Shown here piece by piece: positions 1 through 9,435 of a stretch of DNA of 64,000 nucleotides. Position 1 is the first letter of the stretch; each line of letters opens with the position of its first letter. The stretch covers positions 322 through 64,321 of the forward strand of contig JAJDCO010000055.1 in NCBI GenBank assembly GCA_029260795.1, given 5' to 3'. A program made the position numbers and the translations under genes. The stretch comes from Planctomycetota bacterium (GTDB lineage: Bacteria > Planctomycetota > OFTM77). The notes under the pieces were generated by a model. The model was given only the letters and a program-made list of their open reading frames with translations, did no database searches and had not been told where the DNA came from.

Positions 1-1
1 T

Positions 2-196
2 CAGAAGGTCACGGTGATGCCGGGTGACGCAGACGACCAGTACGGCGACGTCTTCGTCGACACGGACAAGTCGCGAGAGGTCTACGCCGAGTGGCTGAAG
101 AAGACCAAGCCCGCCCCCGGCCCGGGCGGCCTACGGCGCCCCCTCTGGATGAACCGCCCACTCAAGCCGACGCCCGACGCCTATCGGATGGACTGA
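2..196 (+). CDS. C-terminal end of a probable molybdopterin-dependent oxidoreductase (partial, runs off window start)
   Basis: Frame open from position 2: QKVTVMPGDADDQYGDVFVDTDKSREVY...GPGGLRRPLWMNRPLKP*, resembling from memory the C-terminal tail of formate-dehydrogenase-family molybdoenzymes; no catalytic motif visible. Confidence 0.5.
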   Translation, partial: QKVTVMPGDADDQYGDVFVDTDKSREVYAEWLKKTKPAPGPGGLRRPLWMNRPLKPTPDAYRMD

Positions 197-268
197 GCGA
201 GGGGAGACCGACGGCGAGAGAGGCCCTCGTATCGCCGCCATCCAGCTTTCAGCCGCTCGGCGTCCCCG

Positions 269-667
269 TCATGGCTCTTGTCTCTGAACTTCGACGATTC
301 CGTCGAAGTCGCGATCGTAGCTGCAGATCGCCTGCAGTGATGAGCAAACCACCACGGCTGCGTGGATGGCATCGCGAGCCATGATCGTCGGGTAGCGATC
401 GAGAAGAGCCCTCGCGGCGTCGGCTATCTCTGCTGTGATCGGAATCACGACAGGAACGATTCGGCGGGCCAGGTCATAAACTCTTCGCCCCGCTTCCCAC
501 CGTTGAAGCGCCCGATAGCGATGCAGGATCTCTTGAAGGACTTCTGCGTTCGTGGCGACCTGGACTTGCCCACGGCTGACCTGCTCGAGGAACCGGATAC
601 TCGGCTTCTTGTTGGGATGATCGGCTCCCGCCGCGTACATGAAGATGTTTGAGTCGATCAGGATCAC
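269..667 (-). CDS. vapC: PIN-domain toxin of a type II toxin-antitoxin system
   Basis: MILIDSNIFMY (PIN D motif), EVLQE, ARDAIHAA, SYDRDFD acidic tetrad; 132 aa; 4-bp overlap with upstream antitoxin. Confidence 0.9.
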   Translation of the reverse strand: MILIDSNIFMYAAGADHPNKKPSIRFLEQVSRGQVQVATNAEVLQEILHRYRALQRWEAGRRVYDLARRIVPVVIPITAEIADAARALLDRYPTIMARDAIHAAVVVCSSLQAICSYDRDFDGIVEVQRQEP

Positions 668-915
668 GGAAGAAGCTCATCCGGCTCTGCAGTCGACTCC
701 CGTTTCATGGTGCCGGTCTCCCCGACGGGCAGAGCCAGAGAGGCAAGCTCGGCTACAGCCTTGACTCTCTCTTCCTCGGACAGGATTCCGTACTGCGCCT
801 CACAGGCTCGCCGGACAAGCTCGCCCAAGCTCACTCCCATTCTCTGGGCAAGCTGGACCAGATGGTCATGCAGGTTGGGAGGAAAGAGGATGGTCGTCTT
901 CTTCGAGAGCTCCAT
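664..915 (-). CDS. vapB: Ribbon-helix-helix (CopG-like) antitoxin
   Basis: MELSKKTTILFPPNLHDHLVQLAQRMGVSLGELVRRAC RHH pattern; GGAGG RBS before ATG at 915; directly upstream of PIN toxin. Confidence 0.8.
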   Translation of the reverse strand: MELSKKTTILFPPNLHDHLVQLAQRMGVSLGELVRRACEAQYGILSEEERVKAVAELASLALPVGETGTMKRESTAEPDELLP

Positions 916-934
916 ATGCACCTCCATAGGTGTA

Positions 935-963
935 ACAGTATCCCGCTTTCGACCCTTCGTCAA
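935..963 (-). promoter_or_regulatory. sigma70-type promoter of vapBC
   Basis: Minus strand TTGACG-N17-TACTGT, 20 nt upstream of the antitoxin ATG. Confidence 0.65.
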
Positions 964-1076
964 GTGAGGCAGAGGCTTCCGATCGTAGCGTCGCGAACGA
1001 GCCACTGGAATCGGGGGAGCTTTCCGGGGACTCTGACGTCCTCTGCAATCGGTTCGACGTCGTCTTGGTGAGGAGG

Positions 1077-1880
1077 ATGATCATGCTTCGGTGGGTCTCG
1101 ATGTCAGCGCTGCTTCTGTTCGCGGGGAGCCTGGCCGCTTGCCAGAGTCCCGGTCTTCCCGCTTCGGCTGCTCCTTCGGAGGAAGGATACCTCGATCTGC
1201 ACTCGGGGTCGGTCGACGCCGAGAGCAGCTTCGGGCTGCACACCGAGAGAGCCGCGAACACGCCGAGGCTGGCGGCCCTCGCCTTCGACACCGGAACGCT
1301 GCCGCCGACCGAGCCGGAGCCCCAGGACGCGGGCGATTCCGATCGCCGGCTGATCTACAGCGGTATGCTTCGGCTCGCCGTCAGCGACTTCGAGGCGACG
1401 GCCCGACGCGCCCGCGAGCTGACGACCGAGCTCGGGGGTTACCTCCAAAGCCTGACCGACGATCGGCTCACGTTGCGCATCCCGAGCGATCGCTGGGAGG
1501 AAGCCTTCGAGCGCTTCGAGCAGCTCGGCAGCGTCGTCGGTCGACAGCTCCAAGTACAAGACGTCACCGAGGAGTTCACCGACCTCGAGATCGAGCTCAC
1601 GAATGCGCGCGCTCTGCGCGAGCGCCTGGAAGTGCTCTTGCAGCGCGCCGATGACATCGAAGCCGCGCTCAAGATCGAGACGGAGCTAACCCGCGTCCGT
1701 ACTCAGATCGAGCGCCTCGAAGGCCGGCTGCGTTTCCTCGGCAACCGAGTCGCCTTCGGCACCCTGACACTCGAGCTCGTGCGCGTCGCCGCCGCCGCCC
1801 GTGCAGCGGGGCTGCCCTTCCCCTGGCTTCACGAGCTGGGCGTCGTCGACCTATTGGGACTGGAAGGGAGCGACCGATGA
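1077..1880 (+). CDS. DUF4349-domain lipoprotein
   Basis: Lipobox LAAC; RRLIYSGMLRLAV, LTLRIPS, DVTEEFTDLE and coiled coil ...IERLEGRLRFLGNRVAFGTLTLEL; AGGAGG RBS (start 1077 or 1083). Confidence 0.8.
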   Translation: MIMLRWVSMSALLLFAGSLAACQSPGLPASAAPSEEGYLDLHSGSVDAESSFGLHTERAANTPRLAALAFDTGTLPPTEPEPQDAGDSDRRLIYSGMLRLAVSDFEATARRARELTTELGGYLQSLTDDRLTLRIPSDRWEEAFERFEQLGSVVGRQLQVQDVTEEFTDLEIELTNARALRERLEVLLQRADDIEAALKIETELTRVRTQIERLEGRLRFLGNRVAFGTLTLELVRVAAAARAAGLPFPWLHELGVVDLLGLEGSDR

Positions 1881-2317
1881 GGCTCCTTCTCCTCGCCTTG
1901 CTGCTACTTGCACCCGTCTCCTGTCGCACGATCCAGTCGCCGACGGGCTACCTCCCCCTCGAGCCCCACGGTGAGCTCGTCTACCACGCCGTCGCTCCCA
2001 ACGGCAATCGGATCGAGATCCGTGAGCACGAGAACCGAGAGGAAGGCACCGTCGACTACTGGGCGCGTGCCGTTCGCCGTGAGCTGGTCGAAGGTCGTGG
2101 ATACTCCGTACAAGGCGAGCGTGAGATTCGGAGCCGGGACGAAGCACCGGGACGCGAGATCCTCTTCTCCGCCGAGCACCAGCTTCGTGAGTACCTGTAC
2201 CTGGTCGCGATCACGGCCGACGCCGGTCGCGTGCAGATCGTCGAGGCCGGCGGCGAGCGCACGGCTCTCGAGCCCGACCTGCCCGCGATTCGAGCGATGG
2301 TGGACACCTTGGATTGA
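1877..2317 (+). CDS. Hypothetical lipoprotein coupled to the DUF4349 gene
   Basis: Hydrophobic signal with VSC lipobox; ATGA overlap with upstream stop. Confidence 0.7.
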   Translation: MRLLLLALLLLAPVSCRTIQSPTGYLPLEPHGELVYHAVAPNGNRIEIREHENREEGTVDYWARAVRRELVEGRGYSVQGEREIRSRDEAPGREILFSAEHQLREYLYLVAITADAGRVQIVEAGGERTALEPDLPAIRAMVDTLD

Positions 2318-2321
2318 CGCC

Positions 2322-2720
2322 TCACCGCGACGGCGAGGCGGACACAGACGACCCAGCCCCGAGGCTCGAGGGGCGAGAGATCAAGGCCCCTGAGCCCATG
2401 ATAGAGGCCCCAAAGAACGTACCGCAGCGTGAGCTCGTGCCAGAGTCCGATCGTCCGCATCGTCGCGACGATGGCCAGATTGGGCCGTCTCCAGTGTGCC
2501 ATCGCCGGCGTGAAGTTATAGCGCCGACACCGGAGTGCGGCTCGAAGTTCGCCACGTCCGAGTCGATCCCGTAGTGGAGCAGCTTCAGAAGGTAGAAGCC
2601 AAATCCGATCGGGACGGCCAAGGCGACCCCGACGTTCGCTTGCCCGAGCGTCGCCCAACCCTTCACGGCCGCAAAGATGAGCAGGAGCCCGATCAGCCCG
2701 GCGCGCCAGACCACTCGCGA
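2322..2720 (-). pseudogene. Fragmented MBOAT family O-acyltransferase (AlgI/DltB-like) remnant
   Basis: AVPIGFGFYLLKLLHYGIDS (N-terminal MBOAT motif) in one frame and IGLWHELTLRYVLWGLYHG (catalytic His motif) in another frame only about 110 nt away. Confidence 0.65.
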
Positions 2721-3181
2721 AACGGGCGCGTCCGCGCAGCGAGCGCACCTGGGTGTCCGACTCGGCGGACTCGTTCGCGCGAGCGGAGCTGACGCAGAGG
2801 CGACTGCTTGCCGAGCCCGGACACTCCGACCGTCGGCCGCCGTCGCTTGGCGCGCAGGAAGGCCTCGACCTCGCGGCGGCTTCCGAACAGCCGCGTGTCC
2901 AGCTCGGCCAGGGCGTCCTCGGGCGCGCGACCGCCCAAGAGCTGCTCGTGAAAGATCGGGAATCCGTGGAGGACAGGGACGGAGACCTGACAAGTGTCGC
3001 AGCTCAGAAGGCCTCGCTCAATCCGGTGGCGCGTTCCCTCCAGGATCGCGGCCTGCAGCGGCCGGCGACAGGTCGGGCATGCGAGATGTTCGACGAGATC
3101 GTGGCGCAATCGACCTGTCCCGAATCGGTCGTTGGGAAGGGCCCTCGGCCCGGACTCGTAACGCTTGGAGAGTATCGGCAA
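2693..3181 (-). pseudogene. Trm112-like Zn-ribbon N-terminal fragment, probably a truncated methyltransferase
   Basis: LVEHLACPTCRRPL...ERGLLSCDTCQVSVPVLHGFPIF; reading decays to Arg-rich sequence and overlaps the MBOAT remnant. Confidence 0.5.
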
Positions 3182-3286
3182 GCGACCCGAGCCTGTTCCA
3201 CCAAAAACACGATCGGCTGCGAATCCTGAGAATCACCCCGGACCTCACGCTCGATTCTTCTCGCCCTCCCTTGGAAAGCTCGGACT

Positions 3287-4237
3287 ATGCTAGGCCCCCT
3301 AGGAGAGAAGCTGACTTTGGGCGCTCCCTGCTTGATCCGCACCACCATCCTCGCCGCACTCGTTACCCTCCTCGCACTCGCGTGGGGCTGCAAGAAGGAC
3401 GATCGAGACGACCACTGCTTGTTCCCGCCCAAGCTCCCCCTCACGCAGACGGGCAGCTTCGACTTGACGGGACCGCCGCCGGACATCCTGATCCTCTCGG
3501 TCGGGGGCCACGCGCGATCCGCATCCGCCCTCACGTGCTCCGAGGACAAGAACCGCAGCTATCTGGGTAACTCGGGCAACGCCGTGGACGCGCTCACGAC
3601 CTTCTTCTTCAATGAAGGGCTCGAGGTGGCGGTGCGAAACTTCTCGGACCGCTTGCAGGCCTCAGACCAGAACTTCGACGGCATCCCCGATGACCTGAAC
3701 GAGCTCGGATTCCTCGAGCTGCTCTTGATCCTGGATCAAGCCTACCTGCTGTGGATCCTCGACCAGGCGAGCCCGACGCGCATCGTGCTCGTCTGCCACA
3801 GCCATGGTGGAAACTGGGCCCACCTGGCGACGGCGATCCGACCCGAGATCCCGATCGAGTACTTGATCTCCCTCGACAACGTCGTGACGAACTGGGAGTG
3901 CGAGCATCGATGTCAGGTCGCGAGCTGGGTGCACTTCAACGGACTCGCCTTCGAGCTCGACATCTCGCAGCCCGAGAGCGCGATCTTCGTTCCGGGACAA
4001 AACGAGCTCGAGCACGTGAAAGATGTGGTCTTCGACAACGTGCGCTACAACGTGGAGGTTCAGAGCACGGGACCCCCGCCCCTCAATGATTGCTGTGACA
4101 ACTACCGCCGAGACGGATTCCGCGACGGCATCTTCACGGACAATCGGGGCGAGACCCATGCGAAGGTATATCGAGCGGGAAGCGAGTCGATGGACTGGGT
4201 CCTCGGGATCCTCTTCCTGCTCGAGAATCCCGAGTAA
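3287..4237 (+). CDS. Alpha/beta-hydrolase-fold lipoprotein
   Basis: Lipobox LAWGC; IVLVCHSHGG nucleophile elbow, YLISLD, C-terminal H (ETHAKV). Confidence 0.65.
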   Translation: MLGPLGEKLTLGAPCLIRTTILAALVTLLALAWGCKKDDRDDHCLFPPKLPLTQTGSFDLTGPPPDILILSVGGHARSASALTCSEDKNRSYLGNSGNAVDALTTFFFNEGLEVAVRNFSDRLQASDQNFDGIPDDLNELGFLELLLILDQAYLLWILDQASPTRIVLVCHSHGGNWAHLATAIRPEIPIEYLISLDNVVTNWECEHRCQVASWVHFNGLAFELDISQPESAIFVPGQNELEHVKDVVFDNVRYNVEVQSTGPPPLNDCCDNYRRDGFRDGIFTDNRGETHAKVYRAGSESMDWVLGILFLLENPE

Positions 4238-4358
4238 AATCAGCCTGGCGCGTCGAACGTAAGCTCCGCTCAGGAAAAAGCTTTCCAATCGCCGACGCTC
4301 CTCGCACACTCAAGGAAGCCCGAACGACAAGTCCCTCGGAGATTGCGAGCCAGCCACC

Positions 4359-4742
4359 ATGAAACGCCTCTTCACCCCGATGGAAGCCGAATGTACTCTG
4401 CCGCTGGTCCGGCGGATCGTGGCCGACATCCTCGCAAACGGGCGGGAGATCCGCCGGCTCTCCGGGCGACGCGACCCGGACAAGGCCCACATCTTTCGCC
4501 TCGAGACCACACTCAAGCGCAACCTGAAAGAGCTCGACCAGATCGGTTGCTCTTACAAGGACAACGGCTACGAAGTCGGACTCGTCGATTTCCCGTCCGA
4601 CATCGAGGGAAAACCGGTCCTGCTCTGCTGGCGGAGCGACGAAGAGCGCGTCGAGTGGTATCACGGCTTCGAAGAAGGTTACTCGGCGCGGAAACGTATT
4701 CCGACTGAGCTCCTCGCGAGCCAACCGTCACCGCAGGCGTGA
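4359..4742 (+). CDS. DUF2203 family protein
   Basis: FTPMEAECTLPLVRRIV...GLVDFPS...LLCWRSDEERVEWYHGFEEGYSARKRI. Confidence 0.85.
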   Translation: MKRLFTPMEAECTLPLVRRIVADILANGREIRRLSGRRDPDKAHIFRLETTLKRNLKELDQIGCSYKDNGYEVGLVDFPSDIEGKPVLLCWRSDEERVEWYHGFEEGYSARKRIPTELLASQPSPQA

Positions 4743-4767
4743 GACCGGAGGGCCCGGGAGAAGATCG

Positions 4768-5535
4768 ATGACGGCGGGCGGTACGCGCGTTCAGCTCTTT
4801 CCCACCTGCCTCGTCGACGAGATCCGTCCCGAGATCGGATGGGCCGTCGTGCGAGTGCTCGAGGCCGCAGGCCTCGAAGTCGAGCTGCCCGAGGGCCTCG
4901 TCTGCTGCGGTCAGCCCGCCTACAACGCGGGCTTCCATCCCGAGGCGCAACGTGTCCTTCTCCACGTGCTCGCGATTCTCGATCGCACCGAGGGCTGGAT
5001 CGTCATTCCCTCGGGCTCCTGTGCCGACATGCTGATTCACCAGAGCCACGAGCTGCTGCGCGAGGACGCCGAGGGGCTCGCCTTGGCCCACCGGGTCTCC
5101 GCCAGGTGCCGCGAGTTCAGCGCCTTCCTGGACGAGGACCTCGGGTGGCGCGGCGATGGCCTCCCACGGCGTGAGGCGAGCGTGGCCTACCATCCGTCCT
5201 GCCATCTGAGCCGAGGCCTGGGCGTCACGGAGCCACCGAAGCGGCTGCTGGAGTCCTTGCGTGGCGTGGAATCCATGCCCGTGGAAGGTCAGGAGGACTG
5301 CTGCGGGTTCGGCGGTCTTTTCTCGGTGAAGCAGGCCGACATCTCGGCCGCGATGATGAACCGCAAGCTCGACGCCGTCGAGGCGTCGGGAGCCGATACC
5401 TTGGCGAGCTGCGATCTGGGCTGCTTGATGCACCTGGGTGGCGGCCTGCACCGACGTCAATCGAAGCTCCGCGTGTGTCACCTCGCCGAGCTGCTCGCCG
5501 AGCGCCTGCCCGACGACGAAGCGGCCGACGGATGA
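4768..5535 (+). CDS. lutA: L-lactate dehydrogenase complex CCG-domain subunit (LutA/LldE)
   Basis: FPTCLVD, CCGQPAYNAG, SGSC, YHPSCH, CCGFGGLFSVK, CDLGCLMHL. Confidence 0.9.
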   Translation: MTAGGTRVQLFPTCLVDEIRPEIGWAVVRVLEAAGLEVELPEGLVCCGQPAYNAGFHPEAQRVLLHVLAILDRTEGWIVIPSGSCADMLIHQSHELLREDAEGLALAHRVSARCREFSAFLDEDLGWRGDGLPRREASVAYHPSCHLSRGLGVTEPPKRLLESLRGVESMPVEGQEDCCGFGGLFSVKQADISAAMMNRKLDAVEASGADTLASCDLGCLMHLGGGLHRRQSKLRVCHLAELLAERLPDDEAADG

Positions 5536-6932
5536 CGGACTTCGGCGATCGCGTCTCGAACGCCGTGCGGGATGACCACCTGCACATCGCCATCGATCGA
5601 GCGACAGCCGCGCTGCGAGGGCGGCGTCAGACGGCGCTCGACTCGCTTCCCGACTTCGAGGACGTCCGCGATTTCGGCCGGGCCGTGAAGCTCGAGACCA
5701 TCGCCCATCTCGACGAGCACTTGGTGCGCTTCGAAGAGAACCTCACCGCCAACGGAATCCAGGTGCATTGGGCGGAGGACGGTGAGCAGGCCAACCGGAT
5801 CGTGCTCGACATTGCAAAAAGGCACAAGGCCCGACGGGTCGTGAAGGCCAAGTCGATGGCGACTGAGGAGATCCACCTCAACGCCGCCCTCGAAGAGGCC
5901 GGCCTCGAGGTGCTCGAGACCGATCTCGGCGAGTACATCGCGCAGCTCGCCGGACACGCCCCCTCCCACATCATCCTGCCGATCTTGCACATGACGCGCG
6001 AAGACGTCGGCCAGGTGATGCACGATCGACTCGGGGTTGCCTACACCGACGATCCCCAAGAGATGGCGAAGACGGCGCGCACGACGCTGCGCCAGCAGTT
6101 CATCGAGGCCGACCTCGGCATCACGGGCGCCAACTTCGGCGTCGTCGACGAGGGCGCCATCTGCCTGGTCAGCAACGAGGGCAACATCCGACTGACGACC
6201 TCACTGCCCAAAGTGCACGTCGCGGTCATGGGCATCGAGAAGCTGGTGCCGTCGCTCGACGAGCTCGAGAAGCTGCTGCGGCTGCTGGCTCGCTCGGCCA
6301 CCGGACAGAAGCTCACCAGCTACACATCTCTGATTCGCGGACCGCGGCGATCGCCCGACGAGGAGGGCCCCGAAGAGGTCCACGTCATCCTCCTCGACAA
6401 CGGTCGCTCCCAGGTCCTCGCCGGCGATCAGGCTGAGATCCTCGGCTGCATCCGTTGCGGTGCCTGCCTCAATGCTTGTCCCGTCTACCAGCAGATCGGC
6501 GGGCACGCCTACGGCGACACCTACCCCGGCCCGATCGGCTCGATCTTCACGCCCGGCATCCGCGGCCTGAAAAGCTCCTACGAGCTGCCGCAGGCCAGCA
6601 GCTTGTGCGGCGCGTGCCGGGACATCTGTCCGGTCCGTCTGGACATCCCCCGCATGCTCTTGAGCCTGCGTCGCGAGAGCCGCGCCGTCGCTCCGATGGG
6701 TTGGACCTGGCGAGTCGGAATGAAGGGCTTCGCATTCTTCGCCACGCATCCTCGCCTGCACCGCTGGGTCCGCAACGTCGGACGCTTCTTTCTGCGCCGC
6801 ATGGCCGACGACGGCTGGCTCCGCACCGGGCTCGGACCGTTGGGCGCTTGGACGAAGGAGCGGGACTTCGCGGTGCCTGCGAAGCGCAGCCTGACCGAGG
6901 AGTGGCGCGCGCGGAAACGGAAGTCGTCATGA
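5532..6932 (+). CDS. lutB: L-lactate dehydrogenase complex Fe-S subunit (LutB/LldF)
   Basis: KAKSMATEEI, ETDLGEYI, PSHI, NEGN, CIRCGACLNACPVY, SSLCGACRDICPV; ATGA overlap at 5532. Confidence 0.92.
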   Translation: MTDFGDRVSNAVRDDHLHIAIDRATAALRGRRQTALDSLPDFEDVRDFGRAVKLETIAHLDEHLVRFEENLTANGIQVHWAEDGEQANRIVLDIAKRHKARRVVKAKSMATEEIHLNAALEEAGLEVLETDLGEYIAQLAGHAPSHIILPILHMTREDVGQVMHDRLGVAYTDDPQEMAKTARTTLRQQFIEADLGITGANFGVVDEGAICLVSNEGNIRLTTSLPKVHVAVMGIEKLVPSLDELEKLLRLLARSATGQKLTSYTSLIRGPRRSPDEEGPEEVHVILLDNGRSQVLAGDQAEILGCIRCGACLNACPVYQQIGGHAYGDTYPGPIGSIFTPGIRGLKSSYELPQASSLCGACRDICPVRLDIPRMLLSLRRESRAVAPMGWTWRVGMKGFAFFATHPRLHRWVRNVGRFFLRRMADDGWLRTGLGPLGAWTKERDFAVPAKRSLTEEWRARKRKSS

Positions 6933-7564
6933 GTGACGCTCGGCAGAGGATCCTGCAGCGAGTGCGTGACGCCTGCCGAACGGCACGGATCCCGGAGTCG
7001 ACTCGGACGGAGCTCCAGCCTCCGGCGCTCGCCTCTCAACCAGAGCTTTGGGTCGAGCGATTCGTGTCCGAGCTCGAAGCCTTGCAGTCGAGCTGCTTCG
7101 TGGCTGACTCCATCGAGGCGGTGCAGGAGCGCGTTCGAAAGGAGATCTCCGAGCGCGTCGTGCTCGGATGGGAGCCCGCGCGACTGCCGTATGAACTGGG
7201 CGACCACCTCGACGCAGCTGCGCGATACCTCGAAGACTCCGCCAACGGCGAGGAAAAGGCAGCCGCGGACATCGGCCTCACGGGCGTGACGCTGGCCGTA
7301 GCCGAGACTGGCTCGCTGGTGGTCGTGCCAAGAGCCGGCGAGCCGCGGACCGCGTCGCTCCTACCCCGCCGACACGTCGCGGTCGTCCGCCGCGATCAGA
7401 TGCGAGCCAGCCTCAGCGAAGCCTTCGCCGAGATCCGCCCGACCCTCGCCGACGTCAGCCACGTCGCCGTCATCACAGGCCAAAGCCGCTCCGCCGACAT
7501 CGAGCTCTCCCTGATCCTGGGCATGCACGGCCCCGCCGAGCTGCTCGTCATCGTCGGCCCGTAA
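6929..7564 (+). CDS. lutC: L-lactate dehydrogenase complex LUD-domain subunit (LutC/LldG)
   Basis: MSDARQRILQRVR start overlapping lutB stop; AVAETGSL, RTASLLP, ITGQSRSADIELSLILGMHGP. Confidence 0.88.
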   Translation: MSDARQRILQRVRDACRTARIPESTRTELQPPALASQPELWVERFVSELEALQSSCFVADSIEAVQERVRKEISERVVLGWEPARLPYELGDHLDAAARYLEDSANGEEKAAADIGLTGVTLAVAETGSLVVVPRAGEPRTASLLPRRHVAVVRRDQMRASLSEAFAEIRPTLADVSHVAVITGQSRSADIELSLILGMHGPAELLVIVGP

Positions 7565-7566
7565 AC

Positions 7567-7783
7567 CCGGAGGGCGGACTTCAGTCCGCTGGACGGTCCT
7601 TCAACACCCATCCGGTCGCCGTTCCGGAGGGCGGACCTCAGAAGACCCCGGGTTGCTCGCCGGCTTCGCCCGGCGTTCCACCCGGGGCTAGGTGATGTCG
7701 GCCTTGCAAGCCTAACCTTTCGACGGACAACGTCCTCCCACCAGGCAGAAGCCTGGCCTCCGGAGGAAGCCTGGCCTCCGGAG
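7567..7783. repeat. Composite REP/REPIN-like element between convergent genes
   Basis: CGGAGG-GCGGAC-TTCA-GTCCGC at 7568, inverted CGGAGG-CCAGGC-TTCT-GCCTGG at 7741-7763, enclosing a 68-bp hairpin element (7646-7713) related to the 45825-46157 repeats; 18-bp tandem duplication 7748-7783. Confidence 0.7.
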
Positions 7784-7789
7784 GGAGCC

Positions 7790-9292
7790 TCAGCCGATCG
7801 TTTCCATGCCTTGCAAAGCGTCCAGCATGCGAATCACCAAGCGCACGACGCGGCTCGCCTTGTCGTAGTCGATCTTGTCGGGCGTATCGCTCGTCTGGTG
7901 GTAGTCCTCGTGCACGTCGGTGAAAAGAAAGGCGACCGGCATGCCGAGCTTGGCGAAGTTGGCGTGATCGGAGCGGCTCCAGTACGCGTCCGCGCTCTTG
8001 AAGGGCACGTCGAAGCCTTCGAGGACACCGAACTTCTCGCACATCTTGACCATGCCGTTGTACTCGGGCCGGTCCTCGGTGGGCGTGATGAGGAGCTCGT
8101 TGGGCGCGTTGCGTCCGATCATGTCGATGTTCAGGTCGCAGACAGCCTCGCAGCCCTCGGGGAGCCACGGGTTGTCGGCCCACGCCCGCGAACCGAGCAG
8201 GCCCTTCTCTTCGCCCGACACCCAGATCAACATCACCGAGCGCTTCAGCGGACCGTAGTGCGTCAGAGCCTCGGCGATGGCCAGCAGCCCGGTCGTGCCC
8301 GAGCCGTTGTCGTCGGCGCCATTGAAGACCTGACCGTCGTCGGCGATGCCGACATGGTCGTAGTGCGCCGAGACGATCATGACCTGCTGGCTCAGCTCGG
8401 GATCCGAGCCGGGCCAGAAGCCGCAGACGTTCTCGAGCGTCACGCGCTCACCGGAGAGCACCGCGCGCTTGTCGGTCACGGTCACACCGAGCTCGGCCCC
8501 GATCTCGAGGTCCGGGATCTCGTCGGACCAGCCAAACGCGCGCGCCGCAGCTTCGCGACCCAGGTACGCGACCACGGCACCGCGACGGCCACCGCGGCGC
8601 TCGCGACCCTCGCCATTCGACGGCCAGCTGACGCGACCGGCTTTCGCCCGCTCGGTCCAGCTCGCGTATCGCTTCGCGTACGGCATCGTGCCCGACTCGG
8701 GAGCGGGCGTCACGATCAGGCCCTGCGCCCCGACGCGACGCGCGTTGACCTGGATGGCTCGCGAGTTGAGCTCCGACTCGAAGACCAAGGCCCACTTGCC
8801 CTCGACCTCGGCGCTCTCGAACTCCTCGCGCCCGCCATCACCGCAGAACACCACCGGGCCGGTCTCCTCGACGTCCGACAGTCCCCGCGAGTTGAAGAAG
8901 TAGTCGGCCCCGAACTTCAGCTCGATCTTCTCCCCGCCTTCCATCTCCACGGTGAACGAGGTGTTGGCGGTATCGAGGCGACTCCGCTCCAGCTCGTACT
9001 CGTAGAAGAAGCCATTCGGCGCCCCAGGATTCCAACCCAGTCGCTGCAGACGGTTGCGAATGAAGCGTGCGGCAATCCTCTGACCGAGGCTCGGAGTATC
9101 CCGTCCGCCCATCTCGTCGGAGGCGATGAAGTGCAGATCGGCCGACATCCGCTCCGGTGAAACCGAGCTGAGCGCTCGGTCGAGCGCCGGAATGTCGTCG
9201 CCCTTCTTGGCCGAATCGTCCCAGGCCACTGCAAACGGGGCGGTCACCAGCAATGCCAGAATGGCCCACGGCGTGAATCGATGCAGCTTCAA
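7790..9292 (-). CDS. Secreted M28 family aminopeptidase with PA-like insert
   Basis: Signal peptide; SAHYDH, NGADDNGSG, GEEKGLLGS, NIDMIGR, RSDH, DYHQTSD. Confidence 0.9.
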   Translation of the reverse strand: MKLHRFTPWAILALLVTAPFAVAWDDSAKKGDDIPALDRALSSVSPERMSADLHFIASDEMGGRDTPSLGQRIAARFIRNRLQRLGWNPGAPNGFFYEYELERSRLDTANTSFTVEMEGGEKIELKFGADYFFNSRGLSDVEETGPVVFCGDGGREEFESAEVEGKWALVFESELNSRAIQVNARRVGAQGLIVTPAPESGTMPYAKRYASWTERAKAGRVSWPSNGEGRERRGGRRGAVVAYLGREAAARAFGWSDEIPDLEIGAELGVTVTDKRAVLSGERVTLENVCGFWPGSDPELSQQVMIVSAHYDHVGIADDGQVFNGADDNGSGTTGLLAIAEALTHYGPLKRSVMLIWVSGEEKGLLGSRAWADNPWLPEGCEAVCDLNIDMIGRNAPNELLITPTEDRPEYNGMVKMCEKFGVLEGFDVPFKSADAYWSRSDHANFAKLGMPVAFLFTDVHEDYHQTSDTPDKIDYDKASRVVRLVIRMLDALQGMETIG

Positions 9293-9435
9293 GAGTTCGC
9301 TCCTCGAGTCGAGATGGGGAGCTCCAGGCGCCCCGTAGAGATGATCGTTGATACGAGCCGAAGGCCCGGTCGATAGCTCGACATTCTAGCAAAGCCGGGC
9401 CAGTTCGGTCGCGCCTGCGCTCCACGCCACAAGGG

